64,000 nt of DNA from Nitrospirota bacterium (GTDB lineage: Bacteria; Nitrospirota; JACRHJ01): NCBI GenBank assembly GCA_016212105.1, contig JACRHJ010000013.1:46782-110781 (forward strand). Direction: 5' to 3'. The notes beneath the pieces were generated by a model. The model was not told the DNA's origin, searched no databases, and saw only the letters and a program-made list of their open reading frames with translations. The stretch's first letter is position 1. Each line of letters begins with the position of its first letter. This document shows positions 7,732 to 15,156 of the stretch, piece by piece. A program made the position numbers and the translations under genes.

Positions 7732-8460
7732 TTGCTTATGTACGAGGAGCGGACTTACAGGGGCAGGGTGCGCGCGGACGGGCTCGTCGCATTCACGGCC
7801 GTCGTCAAGGAGACCGACCTCTTTATCCTCGCGGACAGCGACCTCTCGGCGCTCGCGCTCGAAGTGGTCATAAGGCACCGGCACCAGCTCGAGACCTACA
7901 TCGCGGGCCACCCGGAGTTCCTGACCTCGCTCGTGCCTGTCGAGCTGAAGCTCGGCGCGCCGGAGTCCGCCGTGCGCATGGCGAGGGCCGCGCTGCCCGC
8001 GAACGTCGGGCCCATGGCGGCGGTCGCTGGCACGTTCTCGGAGCTTGTCGGCGAGGCGCTCCTCGCCCGGTCGTCCCAGGCCATCGTCGAGAACGGCGGG
8101 GACATCTATATCAAATCGACAAGCGAGCGGGTTGTCGCCCTTTACGCCGGCGACTCGCCGCTCTCCGGCAGGGTCGGGCTTAACATCCGCCCTGGCGACA
8201 CGCCGCTGGGGGTATGCACGTCGTCGGGGCGGGTCGGCCATTCGCTCTCGCTCGGCAGGGCGCACGCGGCCTGCATAATATCGAAGTCCACCGCACTCGC
8301 GGACGCGGCCGCAACCGCCGTCGGAAACGCCGTGCAGGGGCCGGGCGACGTCGAGAAGGGCATTGCGCGCGCGCAGGAAATCGAAGGCGTCTTGGGCGCC
8401 GTGGTAATCGCGGGCGACCGGCTCGCCGCCTGGGGGCTGGTCGAATTGGTGAAACTGTAG
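7732..8460 (+). CDS. ApbE-like / UPF0280 family protein
   Basis: GPMAAVAGTFSE..., VENGGDIYIKS, LGVCTSSGRVGHSLSLGRAHAACIISKSTALADAAATA, resembling the ApbE fold; 242 aa. Confidence 0.55.
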   Translation: MLMYEERTYRGRVRADGLVAFTAVVKETDLFILADSDLSALALEVVIRHRHQLETYIAGHPEFLTSLVPVELKLGAPESAVRMARAALPANVGPMAAVAGTFSELVGEALLARSSQAIVENGGDIYIKSTSERVVALYAGDSPLSGRVGLNIRPGDTPLGVCTSSGRVGHSLSLGRAHAACIISKSTALADAAATAVGNAVQGPGDVEKGIARAQEIEGVLGAVVIAGDRLAAWGLVELVKL

Positions 8461-8948
8461 GGTGGGCTACGCCCCACCATTGCATATTGGATTTTGGTTC
8501 ACTGTAGGGCGCGACGCCCCCGGCGCGCCGAGGGTTGTCATTGCGAGGAGTCCCGCGCTTCGCGGGACGACGCGGCAATCTCCACCATAATAATACAAAC
8601 GGAGGAGGTTGCTTCGCTCCGCTCGCAAAGACAGATAATAACATGAAGGGCCGACACACGGGTCGGCACCTACATAAAAGCATGGCGGGCAATGCACGCC
8701 CTACAACTAATGTTGCAGGGGGCCGTACCAGGCGAAGCGCGTGTCAGCCCAACCTGTCACCCCCGTGAAAACGGGGGTCCATTTTAACCTTGCGCGGGAA
8801 AATGGATTCCCGCTTTCGCGGGAATGACAACCTTGAAAGGTCTGTCATGGCGGGCAATGCCCGCCCTGCAACTTCCTGGACCCCGTGTCAAGCACGGGGC
8901 GACAAGCATAATCCGTCATTCCCGCGAAGGCGGGAATCCAGGAATTTT
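8461..8948. repeat. Intergenic mosaic of hairpin modules (G, E, C, G-like, B, A, G-like, H, A)
   Basis: tgtagggtgggctacgccccacc; tgtagggcgcgacgcccccggcgcgccg; gggccgacacacgggtcggcacctacataaaag; gtcacccccgtgaaaacgggggtcc; ggattcccgctttcgcgggaatgac; ccccgtgtcaagcacgggg; gtcattcccgcgaaggcgggaatcc. Confidence 0.85.
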
Positions 8949-8979
8949 CACGAACACGAAACACGAACACGAAACACGG
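8949..8979 (+). promoter_or_regulatory. CA-rich tandem element (cgaacacgaaaca x2) occupying the SD position upstream of the FmdE-like gene; a second copy lies upstream of the GT2 gene at 58786..58806
   Basis: cacgaacacgaaacacgaacacgaaacacgg ends 12 nt before ATG 8991 with no SD in between. A 21-nt near-identical copy sits 13 nt before the ATG of the minus-strand gene 57888..58772. Confidence 0.4.
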
Positions 8980-8990
8980 AATTTAGCTAC

Positions 8991-9464
8991 ATGTCTTTCG
9001 ACTTCACAGCCCTCTACGAGTTCCACGGCCACCGCTGCCCGATGTCCACGATGGGCGCGCGTCTCGGTCTTGCCGCGATGGCCGCGCTCGGCGTGACGAA
9101 GGCCGACCAGTTCAAGGTCGAGGGGCTGTTCCATACGAAGAACTGCGCGCTGGACGGCATACAGTTCACCACCGGCTGTACGCTCGGGAACGGGAACCTC
9201 GCATATGCGGAGGAGGGACGCGCGGCGTTCACACTGAATCGGCGGGACGGCCGTGGCGGCGTAGTCGTGACGGTGTCCGGCGCCGCGCTCGAAAGGCTCT
9301 CCGGGTTCAAGGAGTTCAAGGCCCGGCTCATGGAGGAGCGCGATATAAGCGGCCTCGCCCGCGCGATGGAGATAGACGCGGAGATAAACAGGGGTTTCGA
9401 CGCCCTGGTCGACTGGGTACAGTCGGCGGACGAGGGCGGGTTGGTAACAGTGACAGCAGCTTGA
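8991..9464 (+). CDS. FmdE/FwdE-family domain protein (formylmethanofuran dehydrogenase subunit E-like)
   Basis: MSFDFTALYEFHGHRCPMSTMGARLGLAAM..., the HGHxCP motif of PF02663. The upstream part of the longest ORF (8790..) covers repeat modules and is rejected. Confidence 0.75.
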   Translation: MSFDFTALYEFHGHRCPMSTMGARLGLAAMAALGVTKADQFKVEGLFHTKNCALDGIQFTTGCTLGNGNLAYAEEGRAAFTLNRRDGRGGVVVTVSGAALERLSGFKEFKARLMEERDISGLARAMEIDAEINRGFDALVDWVQSADEGGLVTVTAA

Positions 9465-9476
9465 GGAGGTAGCCGC

Positions 9477-10409
9477 ATGGCCGCCAAAATATATGACGGG
9501 GTACTGGAGCTTATCGGCAAGACGCCGCTTGTGCGGCTTGTCCGGATGACCGGCGAGAAGGACGCGGCGGTCTATGCAAAGGTCGAGGGCGCGAACCCCG
9601 GCGGGAGCGTCAAGGACAGGATAGCGCTCTCGATGGTGGAGGAGGCCGAGAAGTCCGGCCACCTCAAGCCCGGCGGGCTGATAATAGAGCCGACGAGCGG
9701 GAATACCGGCATCGGCCTGGGCATAGTCGCGGCCATCAAGGGCTACAAGCTGATACTGACCATGCCGGAGACGATGTCCGTCGAGCGCAGGACGCTCCTT
9801 GCGGCGTACGGGGCGGAGCTTGTGCTGACCCCCGGCCCGGAGGGGATGCGGGGCGCGGTGGTAAAGGCGGAGGAGATAGCGGCCGCCAACCCCGGCAGCT
9901 TCATACCCCAGCAGTTCAACAACCCGGCGAACCCGGAGGTCCACAGGAAGACGACGGCGAGGGAGATACTCTCCGCGCTCGGCCCCCGGATAGACACGTT
10001 CGTCGCGGGCGTCGGCACCGGCGGCACCATCACCGGTGTAGGCGAGGTGCTCCGCTCCAAGAACAAGGACATAAAAATCGTCGCGGTCGAGCCGTCGGCG
10101 TCGCCCGTGCTGTCCGGCGGCACGCCCGGCCCGCACAAGATACAGGGCATAGGCGCGGGCTTTGTCCCGACGGTCCTGAACACGCAGATATACGACGAGA
10201 TAATACAGGTGACGAACGAGGACGCGGCGGATACAGCGAGGCGTCTCGCCGCCCAGGAGGGCATACTCGCCGGCATATCCTCCGGCGCGGCTCTTTTCGC
10301 CGCCCTCGCGGTGGCAAAGAGGCTCGGCAAGGGCAAGAACGTCGTCGTCATACTCCCGGACAGGGGCGAGCGCTACCTCAGCACGGGGCTGTTCGGGGGC
10401 GGGGCGTAG
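9477..10409 (+). CDS. cysK: Cysteine synthase (O-acetylserine sulfhydrylase)
   Basis: GKTPLVRL..., [10 protein letters not shown] (PLP lysine), [20 protein letters not shown]; 310 aa. Confidence 0.9.
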   Translation: MAAKIYDGVLELIGKTPLVRLVRMTGEKDAAVYAKVEGANPGGSVKDRIALSMVEEAEKSGHLKPGGLIIEPTSGNTGIGLGIVAAIKGYKLILTMPETMSVERRTLLAAYGAELVLTPGPEGMRGAVVKAEEIAAANPGSFIPQQFNNPANPEVHRKTTAREILSALGPRIDTFVAGVGTGGTITGVGEVLRSKNKDIKIVAVEPSASPVLSGGTPGPHKIQGIGAGFVPTVLNTQIYDEIIQVTNEDAADTARRLAAQEGILAGISSGAALFAALAVAKRLGKGKNVVVILPDRGERYLSTGLFGGGA

Positions 10410-10410
10410 A

Positions 10411-10735
10411 TGTAACTTCCTGGGCTCCGTGTCAAAGCCTGCCCTGAGCCCCGGCTTTATGCATACCGGGGTAAACTCCGCCGAATGGGCACGGGGAGAC
10501 ACCAAAAGCCTGTCATTCCCGCGAAAGCGGGAATCCAGCGACGTTGCTTTTATCGTACCATTGAGAAAGGCAGGGCCGACACACGGGTCGGCCCCTACAT
10601 AAAAACAGAACCTTCGGCGCGCCGGGGGCGTCGCGCCCTACGAAATACCGCAGTGGGGGCCACACAGAAGTTCTTGGGCCGCCTTCTTACAAGAAGGCGG
10701 GACTTGTATCGTTAAAGCTGGCGTTTCTCATGCGC
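10411..10735. repeat. Intergenic mosaic (H with nested N insertion, A, C, E, K)
   Basis: ccgtgtcaaagcctgccctgagccccggctttatgcataccggggtaaactccgccgaatgggcacgggg; gtcattcccgcgaaagcgggaatcc; gggccgacacacgggtcggcccctacataaaaac; ggcgcgccgggggcgtcgcgccctac; agttcttgggccgccttcttacaagaaggcgggactt. Confidence 0.85.
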
Positions 10736-10772
10736 CGTTGACCACAACCTGTTCTGACAGGGGGAGAGTGAT

Positions 10773-11237
10773 ATGCAGTTATCGACCAAGGGGCGGTATG
10801 CGGTCAGGGCTATGTTCGACCTGGCGTTTTATTCGCAGGGGGAGCCTGTCCCGCTGTCGAGGATATCGGAGCGGGAGGAGATATCGCTCCATTACCTTGA
10901 GCAGCTCTTCAACAAGCTCCGTAAGGGCGGCGTGGTCGAGTCCGTGCGCGGCCCGTCCGGCGGGTTCAAGCTTGCGAGGAAGCCCTCCGAGATCTCCGTG
11001 GAGGAGATAATCAGCATCGTCGAGGGTCCGATAGTCCCGGTCTCCTGCCTGGAGCACAAGGACAAGGACAGGGTCTGCCACAGGGCGGAGAAATGCGTCA
11101 CGTTCATCCTCTGGAAGCGGCTGGGCAAGAACATAACCGAGTTCCTGTCCTCGGTCACGCTCCAGGACCTGGTGGACGAGGCGAGGGAGCTTCTCGACTC
11201 CGGGAAGGTCACGCACGACTATATGTTCTACATATAA
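10773..11237 (+). CDS. Rrf2-family transcriptional regulator (IscR/CymR-like, Cys-containing)
   Basis: MQLSTKGRYAVRAMFDLA... wHTH, SGGFKL, Cys residues C92/C101/C107; adjacent to cysK. Confidence 0.85.
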   Translation: MQLSTKGRYAVRAMFDLAFYSQGEPVPLSRISEREEISLHYLEQLFNKLRKGGVVESVRGPSGGFKLARKPSEISVEEIISIVEGPIVPVSCLEHKDKDRVCHRAEKCVTFILWKRLGKNITEFLSSVTLQDLVDEARELLDSGKVTHDYMFYI

Positions 11238-11239
11238 GT

Positions 11240-11400
11240 TCTTGTGTCGCCCCGTGCTTGACACGGGGTCCAGGAAGTTGTAGTTGCCCGATTTATCGGG
11301 CGGTTGTCAATGCAGGGCCGACACGCGGGTCGGCCCCTACATAAAAACAAGAACTTCCTGGATTCCCGCCTTCGCGGGAATGACGGCTATACTTGCAATA
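11240..11400. repeat. Intergenic mosaic (H, O, C, A)
   Basis: ccccgtgcttgacacgggg; ttgcccgatttatcgggcgg; gggccgacacgcgggtcggcccctacataaaaac; ggattcccgccttcgcgggaatgac. Confidence 0.8.
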
Positions 11401-11416
11401 GAAAGGACGTTCCATC

Positions 11417-12331
11417 ATGGACGACCACAAGCTTAAGGTCTTCTGCACGGTGGCCGAGACCAAGAGCTTCTCCAGGGCGTCGGAGATAATCCACCTGACC
11501 CAGCCGGCCGTGAGCCTGCAGGTGCAGGCGCTCGAGGAGATATACGAGACGAAGCTGTTCGACCGCTCCGGCGGGACGGTGACGCTCACCCCGGCGGGCG
11601 AGCTGTTGTACAACTACGCCAAGGACATACTCGGCCTGTACGCCTCGGCGAAGAAGGACATCAACGCGATGATCGGCCTCGTCAAGGGGAGCCTGTCCAT
11701 AGGCGCAAGCTCGACCGTCGGCAACTACCTCCTGCCCTCGGTCATCGTCGCCTTCCGGAAGAACCACCCGAGGATAAAGATAAACCTCATCGTCAGCAAC
11801 ACGAAGATGGTCGTGGAAAAGCTCCTCGCGGGCGAGATAGACCTGGGCATAGTCGAGGGCGACGTGACCAAGCACAAGCTTGTGGTGGACAAACTCCTGC
11901 CGGACGAGCTGGTGCTCATCATGAGCCCGGACCACCCGTGGGCGAAGCGCAAGAACGTCTCCGTCTCGGAGCTGCCAAAGGAGCCGTTCGTCATGCGCGA
12001 GCAGGGCTCCGGGACCAGGCAGATGATAGAGAAACGGCTCGAGGAGAACAAGATCTCGCCGGCCAGCCTGACGGTCTCCCTGTACCTCGGCAGCACGGAG
12101 GCGATAAAGACCGCGGTCGAGGACGGGCTCGGCGTGTCCATAGTGTCGTCGTGGGCGGCCCGCAAGGAGCTGCATGCCGGGAGCCTCGTCGCCGCCACAT
12201 TCAAGGACGCGAAGTTCCCGAGGCACTTCACGCTTATCCAGAGGAAGAACTCGTTCGCCTCGCACACGCAGGAGGAGTTCCTCGAGTTCCTCAAGATATA
12301 CCCCTACGAGAACCCGATGAAAAACGCATGA
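11417..12331 (+). CDS. LysR-family transcriptional regulator
   Basis: N-terminal HTH (LKVFCTVAETKSFSRASEIIHLTQPAVSLQVQALEE) and a LysR substrate-binding domain; 304 aa. Confidence 0.9.
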   Translation: MDDHKLKVFCTVAETKSFSRASEIIHLTQPAVSLQVQALEEIYETKLFDRSGGTVTLTPAGELLYNYAKDILGLYASAKKDINAMIGLVKGSLSIGASSTVGNYLLPSVIVAFRKNHPRIKINLIVSNTKMVVEKLLAGEIDLGIVEGDVTKHKLVVDKLLPDELVLIMSPDHPWAKRKNVSVSELPKEPFVMREQGSGTRQMIEKRLEENKISPASLTVSLYLGSTEAIKTAVEDGLGVSIVSSWAARKELHAGSLVAATFKDAKFPRHFTLIQRKNSFASHTQEEFLEFLKIYPYENPMKNA

Positions 12332-13482
12332 CCCTTTCGAAGATTGCAGTCCTCCCGCTGATACTGGCGTTCACGGCCACCCTCCTGGCCTGGACGGAGC
12401 CCGTCCATGCCCGCGACGGCGGGCGGAAGGTTGTTCACACATCCCGCAAGAAGTCCACAAAAAAGTCCCGCAGGTCGTCCTGGAAGAAGAAACCGGCCGT
12501 AAGGCCACCCGCGCATGCGCGCCCGGCAGACCCTGCCGCCGAGGCCGCGGCGCTCGCGGCTTCCGGCGAGGCCCTGCTGGACGGCTACGACGGTACGGAC
12601 AACGCCATGATCGACCGCGCGGAAAGCGAGTTCAGGAAGGCGCTCGCCACGGAACCCGGGCTGGTTGCGGGTTACGTCGGGCTGTCGAAGGTCGCGGCAT
12701 ACCGGGGTTACGCCGGGGGCGGCAGCTTCGACGACAGGGCGCTTACCCGCGCGCTGACGCTCGCGGACAGGGCGCTGGAGCTCGACCCGTCCTCAGGCGC
12801 CGCCTACCTCCAGCGGGGCTACATCCTGTTCTACCTGGAGAGCTACGGGCTTGCGAGGCGGCAGGCGGACAGGGCGGAGGGGCTCGGTGTCAAGGCGTCC
12901 GCGCTTTACGGCGAGCTTGCAATAAAGTCCGGGGACCGTACTGAGGCGAGGCGCATGTTCAAGGCCGCGCTGGGCGAGGCGGGCGAAAGCAGGGGCAGGA
13001 AGGCGGACGCGCTCGACGCGCTCGGGGAGCTTGCGATGGCCGACGCCGACTACGACACCGCCGTGGAGATGTTCAAAGGCGCCTCCGCGCTCAGGCCGGA
13101 CTCGTCATGGGAGGCGTCGAACTACGGGCTGGCCCTTGTCCAGTCCGGGCGTTACGACGAGGCGATAGAGATACTCGGCTACTCGCTGAAGAAGCACGAC
13201 TTCCCGGAGGCGAGGAGCAACCTCGCGCTCGCCTACCTCAAGAAAGGCGTATTCCTGCACGACTCCGGAGAAACGGCGAGGGCGAAGCGCTGCTACCTGA
13301 ATGCGCTGGAAATCGACCCCGGCCTCAAGCCCGTTTACAGGAACCTCGCCGCCATATACCAGGCGGAGGGGAACGACGAGGGCGTGAGGTCCCTGTGCCG
13401 CAGGCTCATGAAGCAAGACCCCGACGACCCCTGGGCAAGGCTCACGCTCGAAGAGATGGCCGGGACAGTACCCCCGCACTGA
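12328..13482 (+). CDS. Secreted TPR-repeat protein
   Basis: ATG 12328 overlaps the LysR stop (ATGA). Signal peptide MTLSKIAVLPLILAFTATLLAWTEPVHA, then multiple TPR-like A/L/Y-rich repeats. The longest ORF from 11938 is rejected because it overlaps LysR in another frame. Confidence 0.75.
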   Translation: MTLSKIAVLPLILAFTATLLAWTEPVHARDGGRKVVHTSRKKSTKKSRRSSWKKKPAVRPPAHARPADPAAEAAALAASGEALLDGYDGTDNAMIDRAESEFRKALATEPGLVAGYVGLSKVAAYRGYAGGGSFDDRALTRALTLADRALELDPSSGAAYLQRGYILFYLESYGLARRQADRAEGLGVKASALYGELAIKSGDRTEARRMFKAALGEAGESRGRKADALDALGELAMADADYDTAVEMFKGASALRPDSSWEASNYGLALVQSGRYDEAIEILGYSLKKHDFPEARSNLALAYLKKGVFLHDSGETARAKRCYLNALEIDPGLKPVYRNLAAIYQAEGNDEGVRSLCRRLMKQDPDDPWARLTLEEMAGTVPPH

Positions 13483-13485
13483 CCC

Positions 13486-14121
13486 CTACCTCCCGAGCGG
13501 CATGCCCCGCTTGAACAGCATCGGGACCCTTGCGGACTCGTGGTCGAGGTAGACCCTGTCGAGGACTACAAGCACCGGCCCGCCCTTCATCTCCTTGGGC
13601 CTCGAAAACACCACGAGCCCGGAGGCCTTCCCGCCCGGCTCTATGGCCAGCGTGTTGTCGAGCGCGGTCTCCCTGTATACCTCCATCCTCTCCTCGACGT
13701 CGTCCATCTTCACCAGTTCGAAGTCTGTATAAAGAGACGTGTAGTCGAGGGCGAAGGTCGGGTCGCCCTTGGGCGGATACAGCTCAGTCCTCCGCGGGTC
13801 GTAAGTGAGGAGCTTCTTCTCGCCCCTGTTCTCTATAGTCATGTACATGACTATGTACGGGCCGGGCGGGAACGGATTCTTGTACTTCCCGTCCTTGAGG
13901 AGCGAGAAGTAGACGTCGAGGTTCTCCGGCGACAGGTACGAGACCTCTACCATCACGTCCGGGACAGTGTACCGCACAGTGTTGCCTTCGTACTGGTACA
14001 GCTTGTCTTCCGCTTCCATATTCTCCTCATAAGGCGAGATGCTCCCGCACCCGGTGAGCGCGAAGGCCGCGAGCGCGGCGCACAGGCTTATCAGGCAGAG
14101 CTTGACGGATGAGTCTCTCAT
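13486..14121 (-). CDS. Lipoprotein, hypothetical
   Basis: Signal peptide plus lipobox LTGC (MRDSSVKLCLISLCAALAAFALTGCGS). GGAGG before the ATG. Confidence 0.65.
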   Translation of the reverse strand: MRDSSVKLCLISLCAALAAFALTGCGSISPYEENMEAEDKLYQYEGNTVRYTVPDVMVEVSYLSPENLDVYFSLLKDGKYKNPFPPGPYIVMYMTIENRGEKKLLTYDPRRTELYPPKGDPTFALDYTSLYTDFELVKMDDVEERMEVYRETALDNTLAIEPGGKASGLVVFSRPKEMKGGPVLVVLDRVYLDHESARVPMLFKRGMPLGR

Positions 14122-14196
14122 TTTGGCACCTCCGGTATTCCGGCCAAGTTATCATAACATGGCCGGGGTGTCAACAGGCCCGGCCAAATAAAGGGT

Positions 14197-14224
14197 TTGA
14201 TTTATCCCGCCTTTGGTTTATAAT
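14197..14224 (+). promoter_or_regulatory. Putative sigma70 promoter (TTGATT-16-TATAAT) for the paralog pair
   Basis: ggTTTGATTtatcccgcctttggttTATAATgtatgc, ~40 nt upstream of ATG 14263. Confidence 0.45.
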
Positions 14225-14262
14225 GTATGCGGTAAAAATACACCCCAACAGCCGGAGTAGAC

Positions 14263-14544
14263 ATGAAACTCACGCCCATGCAGGTAAGGTCTCTGTCGGA
14301 CGAGATGGTGTCGCAGCTGTCCAGGCACGGCCTTGTGAAGCTCAAGGTACCGGCCGAGACGGCCTCGGCGATGGTCGAGAAGGCCCTGACCGACGACCTC
14401 CAGGCCGAGGACAGGCTGAACGAGGAGGTCGAGAAGATACTGAAGGCCCACGAGAGGGACATCGCGGCGGGCCGCATGGACTACAAGACGATGTTCGACC
14501 TCGTCAAGAAGAAGCTCGTGCGCGAGCGCGGCCTGGTACTATAG
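14263..14544 (+). CDS. Small conserved protein, DUF507-like (paralog 1)
   Basis: 93 aa. Shares the pattern M+L..xx..LS....L...G...L.....ED...EV.K.....R.I..G....D.MF with the next gene. Confidence 0.5.
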   Translation: MKLTPMQVRSLSDEMVSQLSRHGLVKLKVPAETASAMVEKALTDDLQAEDRLNEEVEKILKAHERDIAAGRMDYKTMFDLVKKKLVRERGLVL

Positions 14545-14610
14545 CAATTCCCCCTCACCCCCAGCCCCGTACACCCGCGAGGGGAGAGGGGAGCACACGG
14601 AGAATACGAT

Positions 14611-14886
14611 ATGCGCCTTTCGGAAGACAAGATAAGCCACCTCTCGCACGTCGCCTTCGACGCGCTGGTCAAGGGCGGCGCGGCCGAGCTTCTCGCGGAC
14701 GACGCGAAGGTGCGCCGCGAGCTGAAACAGCTCATCGCGCGCCGCGTTAAGGAGGAGGACGAGGTCGGTGACATCGTCAGGAAGAAGATACAGTCCTACT
14801 CGCGCCGCATAATGGAGGGCAGCCCGGAATGGGACGTGATGTTCCGGAAGCACTACGAAGAGGAGATGAACAAGCGGGGGAAGTAG
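14611..14886 (+). CDS. Small conserved protein, DUF507-like (paralog 2)
   Basis: 91 aa: MRLSEDKISHLSHVAFDALVKGG...GSPEWDVMFRKHYEE. Paralogous to 14263..14544; GGAG RBS. Confidence 0.5.
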   Translation: MRLSEDKISHLSHVAFDALVKGGAAELLADDAKVRRELKQLIARRVKEEDEVGDIVRKKIQSYSRRIMEGSPEWDVMFRKHYEEEMNKRGK

Positions 14887-14887
14887 C

Positions 14888-15140
14888 CTCGTTTGCCTTT
14901 ATGTAGGGGCAGGTCCCCGTGCCTGCCCTGCCTGTCACCCCCGCGAACGCGGGGGTCCGGTGACTTGGTTCCGGGCTTGTTTCTTGATTGACGAAAGTCC
15001 CTGGATTCCCGCTGGAGTTTACCCCGGTACTCCTAAGGCCGGGGCGGGAATGACGTTCAACTAAAACGTGAATTGCCGTACCTTTTCTTAACTCACAAAA
15101 GTTCTTGGGCCGCCTTCTTTCAAGAAGGCGGGACTTTGTT
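14888..15140. repeat. Intergenic mosaic (D, B, A with nested N insertion, K)
   Basis: tgtaggggcaggtccccgtgcctgccc; gtcacccccgcgaacgcgggggtcc; ggattcccgc[tggagtttaccccggtactcctaaggccgggg]cgggaatgac; aagttcttgggccgccttctttcaagaaggcgggactt. Confidence 0.85.
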
Positions 15141-15156
15141 CTTCGAGGTTTATGTA

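Noticed and set aside
5960-8950. Possible CRISPR array in the repeat-dense intergenic regions
   Set aside because: The repeats belong to many different families, are palindromic, are irregularly spaced without unique spacers of constant length, and no cas genes are present.
8790-8990. N-terminal 67 codons of the longest ORF for the FmdE-like gene
   Set aside because: It covers recognisable A/B/H repeat modules and the CA-rich element. The family N-terminus and ATG are at 8991.
11938-12327. Upstream 130 codons of the ORF track's 514-aa TPR ORF
   Set aside because: It overlaps the LysR gene in another frame. The signal peptide begins at ATG 12328.
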